Shown: positions 26,601 through 39,739 of the stretch, one piece after another
Numbering within the stretch: position 1 is the stretch's first letter
Layout: each line of letters starts with the position of its first letter
Origin: Chrysomallon squamiferum
Lineage: Eukaryota; Animalia; Mollusca
Length of the DNA stretch: 64,000 nucleotides
Direction: 5' to 3'
Assembly: GCA_012295275.1 (NCBI GenBank)
Contig: CM022676.1
Location: 16,678,001-16,742,000, forward strand
Position numbers and translations under genes: made by a program
The notes under the pieces: generated by a model
Database searches by the model: none
What the model saw: the letters and a program-made list of their open reading frames with translations, nothing else
What the model was told of the DNA's origin: nothing

Positions 26601-27604
26601 CTGCAGATAATGACAAGAATTTACTACTGAGTGTATGGGTAAATGTAGGTACAGATATAATATTAAACATGTAAACACATGTTGTTTGTTTTTAAATAAA
26701 CACTTTTAAACATTTTTGTCCACAGATTCTTCACTTCTACAGATGAACTCATTCAGTGAAGTATGCAACTGCAGACATCTCAGTCTTGTTATCATGGTAA
26801 CAGGGTGTTCTGCCTCGTTTTCATTTTTTGTCTTTCTCCCTGTTGTGATATTCACCCATACACTGACACTGAGTTTATTTACTTATTACAATCATTAATA
26901 CATATTTATTTCCTAGCTGTCGTTGTTTTATCTTTTGTTTATCTCATAAAACTACATAATCTTTGGCTTTCTCTCGGTCTCTTTGCTTTTTCTGTAGACA
27001 CTTTTGTTCTCTAAATATACTTTCCCGAAGACAACTGGTAATGTCGACTAACAATGGACAGCCTTTCTCTCAGATGCATGAAAAGGAAAAGTTAGGCTAA
27101 ATAAAAGTCATTATAAGAGACTGATGTTCATTCACTGATTGTGTTCTATCACTTTCTAAACGTCAAGAATTTTATTACATTCACACGAAATATCTATTCT
27201 CAGCACGACACTAAAAAATACTCTTTCTGTGTTGTTCTTTATAACAAAGCAAATCTCACATTGATTATACTAGTAAAGCGAATACTGTCCTCCACTTTCA
27301 GTAAAAGTAGAACCACAGTTGGTAGAAACAATCTTATTCTTCTGAATTTATATCTTAATAACCTGTTTTTAAACGTTTATAGTCTAATATAATCTTCATT
27401 GTTTAACGTGTCAAATGCTCACAGTCAAGCAGTCTGCTTTTTGTTTTTATTCAATTGAGATGACTACTTGTCTTGTCCTTCACCTGTCAGACTTCAAATA
27501 TGAAGCCAAAAAAAACCGTTGAGGTGCAGACTTGAAAGATATTACATATATATGATTAATTAGTATTAAACAAATATTAAATACATCATGAATATGGGGG
27601 CCAG

Positions 27605-29505
27605 ATTTACTATTTCCAGCACGACTATTTCCAGTACTACTATTTTAATTAGATCTACTATTACTACTAATATTATTAGTAACCCTTCCATTTCCTACTG
27701 TAACTATTTCCACTACTACTACTATTACCACTACTAGTACTATTATTACTAGCCCTACTATTTCCAGTACTACTATTCTTAGCCGAACTATTTCCAGCAC
27801 TACTATTACTATTTCCAGTACTACTACTATCATTACTAACACTTCTATTTCCAGCACTACTACTACTACTATTAACCGTATTATTTCCAGTACTACTATT
27901 ATTAGCCGAACTAATTCCAGTACTACTACTATCCCTTCTATTTCCAGCACTAGTATTACTATTTCCAGTACTAATACTACTATTAGCCCTACTATTTCCA
28001 GCACTATAATTATTACTAACCCTTCTATTTCCAGCACTACTACTATTATTATTATTAGCCCTACGATTTCCAGTACTACTACTATTTTTGCTAACCCTTC
28101 TATTTCCAGGACTACTATTACTATTTCCAGCACTACTATTATTACTAGTCCTACTGCTATTATTAGCCCTATTATTTCCAGCACTACTATTATTACTAGT
28201 CCTACTGCTATTATTAGCCCTTCTATTTCCAGCACTACTATTATTACTAGCCCTACTAATATTACTAGTATTACTAGCCCTACTATTTCCAGTACAACTA
28301 TTCTTAGCCGAACTATTTCCAGCACTACTATTACTATTTCCGAAGCACTACTACTATTATTACTAACCCTACTCTTTCCATTACTACTTCTATTATTATT
28401 ATTATTAGCCCTACGATTTCCAGTACTACTACTATTTTTACTAACCCATCTATTTTCAGCACTACTACTATTATTATTACTAGCCCTTCTATTTCCAGCA
28501 CTATAAGTATTACTAACCCTTATATTTCAAGCACTACTATTACTGTTTCCAGCACTACTATTATTACTAGCCCTACTATTTCCAGTACTACTAGACTTAG
28601 CCGAACTATTTCCAGCACTACTATTACTATTGCCAGTACTACTACTATTATTACTAACACTTCTATTTGCAGCACTATTACTAGTATTACTAACCCTACT
28701 CTTTCCATTACTACTTCTATTATTAGCTCTTTTATATCCAGCACTACTATTACTATTTCCAGTATCACTATTATTACTAGCCCTATTATTTCCAGCACTA
28801 TAATTATTACTAACCCTTCTATTTCCAGCACTACTATTACTATTTCCAGCAGTACTACTACTACTACTAGCCCTACTCTTTCCAGTACTACTATCATTAC
28901 CCCTTCTATTTCCAGCACTATTATTATTATTATTAGCCCTACAATTTCCAGTACTACTACTATTTTTACTAACCCTTCTATTTCCAACACTACTATTATT
29001 ACTAGTCCTATTATTTCCAGTACTACTATTATTATTAGCCCTACTATTTCCAGTACTACTACTATTTTTACTAACCCTTCTGTTTCAAGCACTACTATTA
29101 TTACTAGCCCTACTATTTCCAGTACTACTATTATTAGCCGAACTATTTCCAGCAGTAATATTACTATTTCCAGTACTACTACTATCATTATTATTATCCC
29201 TAGTATTTCCAGTACTATTATTATAACTGGCCCTTCTATTTCCAGAACTATAATTATTACTAACCCTTCTATTTCAAGCACTACTACTACTATTAGCCCT
29301 ACTATTAGTAGCTGAACTATTTCAAGTACTACTACTATTATTACTAACTCTTCCATTTCCAGCAGTACTACTATTATTACTAGCCCAACTATTTCCAACA
29401 CTACTATTATTATCCCTTCTATTTCCAGTACTGCTACTACTATTATTATTAGCCCTACTATTTCCAGCACTACTATTACTATTAATATTTCCAGTACTAC
29501 TGTTG
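27605..29505. repeat. Trinucleotide-derived satellite (tatttccagcactactattattactagcccta-like, variable unit)
   Basis: Dozens of atttccagca/atttccagta cores separated by (TAC/TAT)n. Confidence 0.93.
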
Positions 29506-29519
29506 TTATCTTGATGTTC

Positions 29520-29656
29520 CCCTTAATTTACCTTAATTACCTGAATCACCTGGTACGAGAAAGGAAAGGTCAATTATCCGAGCGGAGCAAGGATTTTAAC
29601 TCCAACAGCGAGCGTAGCGAGCGTGAGCTCTAACCACGACACCATCCGATCTCGGA
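29520..29656 (-). mobile_element. tRNA-derived SINE relic
   Basis: Minus strand reads ccgagatcggaTGGTGTCGTGGTTAGagc (A-box-like) ... GAGTTAAAATCC (B-box-like), then ttgacctttcctttctcgtaccag; no intact cloverleaf. Confidence 0.45.
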
Positions 29657-30809
29657 CGAGCAACATATGAAAAGAACTTCTAGTCAATCCTGCGATCGAT
29701 GTTGTGCAATCGATTTGGAGTTACCTCCCAACATGGCGATTATTTGTAGAAGCCGCCATTTTCGATTTATAATGGCTTAATGCTAGCTATTATTAAAGAG
29801 TTTTCATGAAATAAATAAGAAAACAAAAAATGCAACATATTTTTGCTATACAGTTCGGTGACAAGCGGTGTAAAAGTGCACATTTACCGCTAAAGGTGGC
29901 GTGACCTCTACATCTGATTTCAGTCACGTGTTTATGAGCAGACGACTTTGTAAACAGCGATACACAGATTTTCCGGTTTTCTCCTGCCAAGGCATCTAAG
30001 TTCGTAAGTGTTTAGGCATAAACATTTTATAATTTAAAAAAGCAAAAGAAATAAAGAAAATTGACGATACACAACTGTGGTGACTCAACATGTAAACAAT
30101 GCGGCTTGAAAGAGTAGTTCCGGTCTCGTGAGGACAAAACCCGCTCGCGCATACTATGAAATTTGCGTCGGGGAAAAGTTCCGGTTTTCTGGTCTTTCGG
30201 GATTTCACGACGTCGGATAATTGGTCCGGTATCTGTAGAGTTTAGTGTATCTTTTATAGTTATTATTATTATTATTATTATTATTATAATTATTATTATT
30301 ACTATATTTATTATCATTGTTATTTTACAGCTGGTGACCTGCAGATGATGGTAAAACAGTTGGATGACCTCACATCCTGGCTGCTGTCAGTTCAAATCTT
30401 CACTGCTGACTGGTTTATTGTAATTAAACAAAACAAATTATGAAAGTATACAATTTTATATGTTAGAACAAATTTTAATTTTTCTTTTTGTCTCTTTTCA
30501 GATAATTTTAGTTCAGCTGTACTGTATTTTTAACAAGTAGCACATACAGTGTATATATTTCAGATTTTTGATATGTCATGAAAATATATTTATTCTAAGA
30601 ATTTCATCACTCTAATCGTGCCTATTTTGAGATACCTATCTGTCCGTCTATCTGTTTATTGAAGATTATGAATATAATTTACATATGTATGTATGTTTCT
30701 GTATGTGGAAGACAGAGTACATTCATGTGAATAATTGTGATGGATATATAGTTATGTACATACACAAAAAAGTGAGTGAGAGTTTCATGTTTTCTTATAA
30801 TTTAATTAT

Positions 30810-31728
30810 AGACAACCCTTCAGTAAATACAGGAAACAGCAAGAAATAAACAAGAAAAGTGAGACTGGCTCTTTCTATTAGCAGTATGAAGTTGTACTAT
30901 AAGACTATGCAGGATATTGACTTAACTCAGCAAAGACGAAGGAAGAACAGTTAGATCAGTACTTGTATGTCAACTCAGGCCTGAAGCAGAGAAAACTTTA
31001 CAACCTGTCCAAGCTGCTTTCTTCATTGAACCACACAAGGACAAAACCAGTCATCTTTTCAGTTGTTGAAGGATAAGCAAGCAACTATCAACCTAAAACT
31101 CTGGACAGAAAGTATCCCAAAGTACTTTCAGAATTGTTTCATAACACTTTTACATCTGTCAGTAAGGAAAAGTTAATTATTGTCAGAATGTGTTCATAGA
31201 AATCTGTTAGTAAGGAAGAGACACTGAATTACAAAACTAACACAAAATTACAATTATACAGCAATGAAATGATAGAGGAGCAACTCTGTTTAAACAAGTA
31301 TCTCTCTTACCAAGTTCAGTTTCAACTATTACTTACCAATATAGAATAGTGAGTGTACTAAATCTGATTTTTTGACAGACAACATTTTTATTTTATGAGC
31401 AATTTTCTGTTCAAATGATGGAAAAGACAGGACAGTTTTTTAAACTTGCAGTATTACCAGAACTCAAAACACATTTACCATTGGATATTAAACCTTTAAA
31501 CATCCTGAATGAGAACAGTAAGGAATTCCAGAAGAAACCATGAAAAAGTAAAACAAAGACAGTAAATTAAATATCTTTGTAATTTATTTGTATCCTAAAC
31601 TGTATGATGAAGAATTAAAAATAAACAAGTTGCTATTTATTACTATTATTATGTTTTGTTTTTGAAGCTGATTAGATACAAATATTTAAAACACTGCAAG
31701 ACTTAATCAGGCTGCACAGTGGAAACAA

Positions 31729-31764
<36 letters not shown>

Positions 31765-32400
31765 TTAAAAATTAATTTTCTAACTGTAAATATTTTATAA
31801 ACAAATTATATTTTTTGCAAATATTATATACTGCAAAATACACACACAAATAAATAAATAAAGAAATTGAACATATTTGCAAGAACAATGTCATTTTGTA
31901 AAACGTTTAACAAAAGGCAGCTGCTTTTAGTTTGATGGTTGTGTGATGCTTTGTCGCGTCCTTTTCAAATTTTGTTAAAACTGTTTTTGAGATCTCAGAG
32001 GTATGTGGAGAAACAACATCAATCAAAGCCACAAATACTGTGAAACAAAGTCCTGTGTAATGTTTTACTCTTTCATCTTTGAGGACATCTGGAGTAAACA
32101 GACTATTTTTATGTGTTTTCTCAAGTAAGACTCTGGAGTTCAACCTGCATCATGCCTACAATTTCTCTTTCTGCTTCTGTGACTCCTCAAACTGGTTTTA
32201 GTTTTCCTTTAATCTCAAAACTACAAGTTTCACCAACATAGGAGCCATGTCGTATAAAGTGTATTTTTCAGCATCATTAATGATTTAGCAGTAAATGTCA
32301 GTGTTAATTTGTCTGAAATAATAAATACTGTATACTTATCCCATACAAACTAATGACGTGCAATTACTGGAACAGTTGAAATGGTTTCCCTCTGCATTTT
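30810..32400. mobile_element. Decayed two-ORF DNA transposon, ISL2EU / PIF-Harbinger-like
   Basis: Minus-strand LFTPDVLKDERVKHYTGLCFTVFVALIDVVSP...LTKFEK resembles the region before HTH_Tnp_4 of THAP-DDE_Tnp_4 transposases. Convergent plus-strand KPVIFSVVEG*ASNYQPKTLDRKYPKVLSELF resembles the region before YqaJ-type nuclease domains. Many stops; TIRs not identified. Confidence 0.5.
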
Positions 32401-32495
32401 ATTTGGTAACTAACAACTAATCTAATTTTAAAATAGAGGTCACAATGCCACTCTCCCATAAAAAACAATAATAATAAAAAAATAAAAATAAAAAC

Positions 32496-32529
<34 letters not shown>

Positions 32530-32563
32530 TTCATAAAAAACACTATTATTATTTTATTTTATT

Positions 32564-32645
<82 letters not shown>

Positions 32646-33358
32646 GTTGGAGACAACTTTTGACATAAGCCATGGCCAGCGACGACATGCACAGTTGGAA
32701 AGATTGACCTTTGGCCTTCCTAACTGTTCTGAAAAGAACACTAAAGCGACTTTCGCGTAGTTAAGTCAGGCGTCTGCATAGAGACAGAAATTTAGGACGT
32801 TCTACTGCACGGGCTTCATAGTGCATTTACATCACCACGTTTAACACTGTCGTACAAAGTACTGATTTAACACCCAACAAAAAACAAATCACCATTTAAA
32901 AAAAAAAAAAAAACATAACCTGCACTTTTAATAGCTTTGTCCACTGATTTTACTTAGGCTGCCAGTACATGGTGTTGGTGGATGTTGATGTAGCAGTAGT
33001 ACTGGTATTATTGTTAGTATGAGTAGTATATATTAAGAAGTGTATCAGTAGCTCTAGTGTAGAGAAGTAGTAATAGCCAAAATAAAAACATAAACAGCAG
33101 TAATAGCAGTAGTAGTTTTAGTGGTACTAGTAATAGTAATAGTAATCATAGAGGTAGTAATTATTATAGTATTGTCAGTGCTAGTAGTAACAGTACTCCT
33201 GGTAGCAATAAAATAGTTGTAATAATACAGGTATCATTATTAATCCAATACAGACAATGCTATTACTCATAACTACTATCACGACTAAGCTAAATGAGTT
33301 ATTAGAAAAAAAAATGATTTAATTATCTGCAAGTCAAAATTAATGATTTTTGTTTCAG

Positions 33359-33956
33359 TTCTAGGAGTAAAGTTTCGATTATATCACGTGATACCAGTAC
33401 TAAAAGGTGAAATGATGTATATGATGATTATGACGTGTCGTGTACACAAGTCTCAGAATCTGAATTCTGATATAAAGTTTGTACATAAAACACAAACTGA
33501 TAACACTACAGTGTGTGACTGTGTACAGCGACAAGACAGGTGTAACTGTAACAGTACACAGAGTTATATTTGTACATGTGCTGGAAGGACAAACACCGCC
33601 AACAGCGAGTACAAAGATTACAGTTTACAAGGATCATTCAACTGAAGATGACACTGGAGTCTGGTTTTGTGGATCTGATCAACTTGAAGTGTGGAGTGAA
33701 CCAGAAGTTTCAGTTATTTGTAAGAAAATATTTCTCATTAGTGTAAAAGAAACACATACTCACATAGAGAACAGGTGGACACAAAGCAGCAACAAAATAC
33801 GCAGTTACATTTTGGAATAATGAATACAGACACACATACATACATACATACATACATATATTCATGCACACTCAGTTTTCTTATTGCTGTTGTTACTCTT
33901 ATAATAATAATAATAATTGGCATTGGCATTATAATAATAATAATAATAATAATAAT

Positions 33957-34035
<79 letters not shown>

Positions 34036-34385
34036 GTTTTCAGCTACAAATCCTGGTTTATCAGTATATTCCTGGACGGCTGTCATCAATGAAAATTTCA
34101 CATTTGTTTGTTCTGTTATCAGAAATATTTATAAAGAAGATATCACATTTAAACGAGGTGATGAGAAGATTTGTACATGTAAATATAAAACACAAACATG
34201 TGAAACACACAGAGAGTCGACAGATAACTACAGATAGAAGTTTGTACAAACTTTGCTCACAGGTACACGTTATTTAACCACTTACAATTTGACTGTATCT
34301 TCACTTTCTGTCAACGACTATAAAGTCATGGACATGCAATACTGAAAAAAATAAGAGCAAATCCATTACACCAACACGTAAGTAC

Positions 34386-34417
<32 letters not shown>

Positions 34418-35402
34418 GTTGTTGTTATTATTATTATTATTAGCTGTACTAGTAGTAGTAGTAGTAGTAGTAGTAGTAGAAGAAGTGGTTATAATCATAG
34501 TAGTACTAGTGGAAGTAGTGAAAGTAATAGTAGTAGCAGTGCTAGTAATAGCAGTAATAGTAGTAGTAGCAACATCAGTGGTTGTTGTAATAGAAATAAC
34601 ACTAGTGGTGATGACAGCTTTAGTAGTATCAGTAGAAGTGATAATGTAACACAAGGTTAGTTTTAATATAAGTAATAATAGTTATATATTCAGTGCTACT
34701 AGTAGTCACTTTACCTGACATACTAGTAGTAGTAGAGTAAACTATACCATGTAAGGAGTAGTAGTGGTTGTAACAGTAAAACAGATATTAGCAGTAGTAG
34801 TAGTTGTCGAAGTAGCAGTGTTATACTAATCATAATAGTTATAGTAGTAGGAGTAGTTGTAGGTTAAGAGATAATAATAGTAGTGTACCTGTTTGAAAAT
34901 GCTTATCAACAATAATGTGTATAATACCCAATAACATTTTCACATTGTCGTTCTTGATACCGTTCTTGTTGTTGTTTTTTCTTAATATAATAATAATAAA
35001 AAATAACAACAGTTACGTGGGTTGTGTTATAACTGTCATTAACAAAAGAAAATTCGCTGTTTCTTAATTAAATTATTTTATTATTTACACCAGAAACAAA
35101 CACTTTGACGTTTGACTTGTCAAATCGAGTCACTGTGACGTCAGACACGTCAAGTGGAGTCACTGTGACGTCAGACACGTCAATTGAAGCCACTGTGACG
35201 TCAGACACGTCAATTGAAGCCACTGTGACGTCTGACACGTCACGTGAAGCCACTGTGACGTCTGATGAAAACTACAATGATACGACTACTGTTTCCTCAG
35301 TCGAATTCACCAAGCCATCTACACTTAAAAGCAATGTTATGACATCTAGAAAAAAAACAATGACAACTAAAGAAAGTGTTGTGACAGTTGGAGACAATAA
35401 TG
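33359..35402 (+). pseudogene. Pseudogene of the Cys-rich two-Ig-domain family, with a Thr/Ser-rich stalk exon
   Basis: Exons 33359-33719 (2-nt deletion near 33620), 34044-34377 (TAG for Cys at 34235-34237, short deletion, +1 shift near 34322) and 35094-35402 (VTSDTSIEAT repeats); directly homologous to 60248-61341. Confidence 0.88.
35128..35265 (+). repeat. 30-bp coding tandem repeat (about 4.5 copies)
   Basis: cactgtgacgtcagacacgtcaattgaagc units. Confidence 0.92.
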
Positions 35403-36203
35403 GTAAATACATTTAAAACTGAAGCATGAGGTTGTGTCATAAAATAATAACATTTAACAAAAGTCGTATTATTTGAACTGTCCATGGTAAGTTTAATCAA
35501 AAAACATATTCTTAGAAATATTCAGTTTAACGCCAAACATTTTTTATTGTAAATATGCAATCGTGAGAAATTTCTTATTGTAAATAAAAGAAGTATAACT
35601 GTAAAACAGAAAATATGGTTTTTAAAATGTGCTTGACATGTTTGAAAACAATCGTATTATCTTAAATCTGAAGGGAGCACATCACTTTTAAACGAGGTGA
35701 TGAGAAGATTTGTAGATGTAGATATAAAACACCAATCTTCTGAGTTGCAAGCGATGAAGTACAAATGTTGGAAGGCGCAGTTATTTCATTACATTGTATT
35801 CACGGATTCTCATTGTATGATGATACTATTCAATGTCGACTTTTTTACGGTCTGATGAAAAATGGTATTATTATTTGTTTTGGAGATTTATTTAGTTTGT
35901 ATAATTCACTAAACATGTCCCAACAAGAGACTGATCCGTGTAACCTCCAGTCAGTTATGTACAGGATACATGGCTAATACTTGTATAAAATACACTGAAT
36001 AACCATTCAACCCTAGCTCCGCACCAAGAACAACAGATATGTGAACTCGTCGCCAAACTTCTGCATAGTCTAGCAGACACTGACGATGACTAAATAAGGC
36101 GCCTCACACCAAGGTTCACCCCGCACCATGGTGAGGTTACGCAAAAAACAGGGGTAGACATTTGAAAACAAACAATACAAATCATATAATTGTACAAATA
36201 GTT

Positions 36204-36257
<54 letters not shown>

Positions 36258-38451
36258 CATAATAACAATAATGATAATAATATTAATGTTGATGTCGTGG
36301 AAACTACACAGATTTGTTTTATTTTTATTTTTTTCCATATACTGGTATGTATTACATAATTTTATCTGTTTGTAGCTCCTATTTAATTGAATTTTTTTTT
36401 GTTTTTTGTTGTTGTGTTTTTTAAATTTATCCTACTAATTTGTTTTCCTCTTAATCGCTTCAATATAAACGAGTTTGCATATAAGTAATTTCACTTTACT
36501 AACCTGTTTTATGAGAGAGTGAATTCATTCGTTTTATGGTTGAAAAAAAGGTGTAGAAGTAACAAAATATACAAACTATTACTTTTATGTGTTTTATTAA
36601 GTTGCTTTTGATTAAACTATTATTTTGATTACAGTGCTATTCTTCTCCTCTTGTTCCGATTCACTATTTTCATATTACTGGATTTTAAAGTGACTTTTAC
36701 TGATGTTTTCACTGATAATAAATATTTTTTCATTCATTAACTTATGTCTAATACCATTTCTTTTATGGTTCCTTTCTTTGTTGTTCCTTCATTTTTTTTC
36801 TTTTTCTGTCGTAAATTATAAACTTTATTTCTGTGTATTTACTGTGGTCTGTATTTTCTTACAGTAAACTATACGATTACATTTAATATCATTTGCTCTT
36901 TCATTTTAAATAAAAAAAATTAAATAAAAATTGAAAATAATTATTATTTACAATCCTGCAAAGAAGAATTCTTGAACATGAAGAAAAAACTGTAATCTTT
37001 ACTAAAAAAAATTGTTTCCTCTCTCTCTCTGTCTGTACACAGACACAGACACACACACACGCACACGCATACACACACACATACATTCATACATATATAT
37101 AAATGCAAGTATGTGTTTTTCTGTCCCCATCTCTTTCTCTCTCTCTAGATAGTGTTTTATCGTTCAAGGTATATACAACACACAATAAAAACTATAAAAT
37201 GGTAGGAGTGTTTATTAAAGTAAAACAAAATATTAAATGATATTAGATAATATTATATGTTACATATTAGTATATATTAATTTATTTTAATTTAATTTAT
37301 AAATTTGTCTTCTTGTTATGCAAGATCACTTGCTTAACAACTTAAAATTTACTTAAAGATAATTTTAAAATGCTCTTCCATCCTCCCCCTACCTCCGAAT
37401 ACTGCAGTATACTGGTTTTGATTTGTTTACGAAACTCGCCAGCATATCAAATTAAATTGTAAAGTATCTGTTTGTTATGTTGGTCAGATACAAACCTTGT
37501 GTCACTGATACACGAGACATAATACGGTATACTCGGTATTATTTACGAGGATCAAACCTTACACAGGATCTACTGTTTCAACAGGTTAGAGCAACACAGA
37601 CTGTTGTAAGTGACTGTAATACGTGTAAACTGCTTTGTGTGTATATGTGTGTTTCTTCATCTCTTCACATGTTTCTCTGCACAGTTCTGTTTATGTGTGC
37701 CTGAATATATTTGCGTATATGTGTGTATATGTGTATATGTCTGTATGTATAAACTCATTTCTCGACTTATAAATTCTTACAGCAACGATGCTGAAACACA
37801 AATCCGCTAATCACATGATACCTTAACTATTTCTGTTACAAGGTATCAAACTATAACATGAGCTTTACCACTGGTAGAAAAACACAGACCACTGCACCTG
37901 AAAAACATCACCTTGACAGAAAGCAGGTGAGACTGTGTAAGAATTAAAACAAATGAAAACTTGACAACTATATAATTGGGATGAAGAATTTCTAGATATA
38001 TTTCAGATCCATTCATAGTTATAATTATCATTTAGGGAAAAATAAATATCAGCTCATAATTATAATAATCATTTAGTAAGAAAAAATATATTTTCATTAT
38101 ATCTTTGACGCAAGAAGGGATAGGATTATACTAAAAATAAAATTCATTGAGTATATAATTGTTAAGACATGTTGATAACATTGATTCACACTGCGCTGTT
38201 GTATTGATAAATGGTTGCGTATTGTTGTCACCAGTTGTGTTATTCTAATTCATATCTCTAATAATACGATTCTTTGATAGTCGATGAATCAACTATTTTT
38301 AAGTGTTTTGTACTAGAGACACTAAAGATATTTATTTATCAAATTCTGAATTCGCTGAAGAATTTATCCAAACTGGTTGAATCAGTACAGATGTTCATAA
38401 CAGAATATTCCGTAATTGAACATACGAATATGTAAATCGTTGTTCAGAGAA

Positions 38452-38536
<85 letters not shown>

Positions 38537-38850
38537 CAGAAAACACACAGAATCACATTTAGAAACTTTCAAATAAGTATCTAGGGATATTTTAGTTTGC
38601 CTTTCTGAAGTATACATAATGATAAACAAGTTTGAATAAATAAATATAGACAGAGAAATAGAGAGATAGGTAAATAGACAGACAGAAAGAGACAGACAGA
38701 CAGTCAGAGAGACAGACAGGTAGATATACTACAACAACAAATGTTTTTTTAAGTGTTCTTGATAATAATACTTTTTTTCTTTATTTCATCAGTGTGATAC
38801 GTTCCACTTCAGCTACTAGTAACAAACAGGTGTACGGTTACCAAATAAAC

Positions 38851-38880
38851 TGCGTCAGTAAACATACAGTGTATATAAAG
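38851..38880 (+). promoter_or_regulatory. Core promoter: TGCGTCA (CRE/AP-1-like) plus TATATAAAG
   Basis: TGCGTCA at 38851-38857 and TATA at 38872-38880, about 75 nt upstream of a signal-peptide ATG; conserved in copy 2. Confidence 0.6.
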
Positions 38881-38955
38881 CTAGCAATAAGCATCTGAAT
38901 TAAAGTAGTGGTGTTTGATGGAGACAGACTGTTGTAGACAGTTCTTAATTAAGAA

Positions 38956-39013
38956 ATGTATTTCTTTCCGTGTATCTGGATTTATTCATTTGTTATACCT
39001 ACAGTTATTTCAG
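38956..39013 (+). CDS. Signal-peptide (leader) exon MYFFPCIWIYSFVIPTVIS
   Basis: ATG, 19 mostly hydrophobic codons plus 1 nt, cag|gtatgt donor; phase 1 matches SRCR first-half acceptors (G|TA = Val). Confidence 0.7.
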
Positions 39014-39739
39014 GTATGTCATAATTTTGTTTATGTATATATAGTTATTAAGAGTGAAATACCCAACAATAATACTAATAAAATTACATACAGAAAGTAA
39101 ATTCTCAATTAACTCTAGTCATCCGACAATCGTAAACCTTTATATTTGTTTCAAAAGATCGAATCACACAAAAATTCTAAGAACGTTTTTGTTTGAATTT
39201 ATTAACCATGTCATTTATCTGTATTATTGATCATTTTATTTGGTAAGCAACATGATATTGTCATAACGATTTCACATTTTAAATATTAGTTTAAAATTAT
39301 ATGCCCTCGAATTTTGATATTTTGGCCAGAATTGGGCGTGACTGCCACTTTTTTCAGACTCTGATATCTTGTTGATCAGCGCTTCAAGTTTGATGAAAAT
39401 ATTTCACTGGAAAATTAATTTAGTAAGAATCCTTAATAGCTGCAAGTAAATTTTGATATAATTTCACGTTTTGTTTGATCTTGAATCTGACGTGAATTCG
39501 AAACAACCTTAAATCAAAATTAAATTCTAAGATGTCACCTAAAACATATAAAAACAGTTTGTTATAAAAGACTGTCTCAGTACCAGTAGTAAACTATTTT
39601 TACCTGAACTGAACAACAAACTTTCACTTGTTAAAAATTGTTGGGTATACACTGCCCGAAAACCTCCTGTAAGTACGTAGACATTTTAAAATTAGTTTGA
39701 AATATAATATCATCCACTTCTATGAGAATTGGTCGATTG

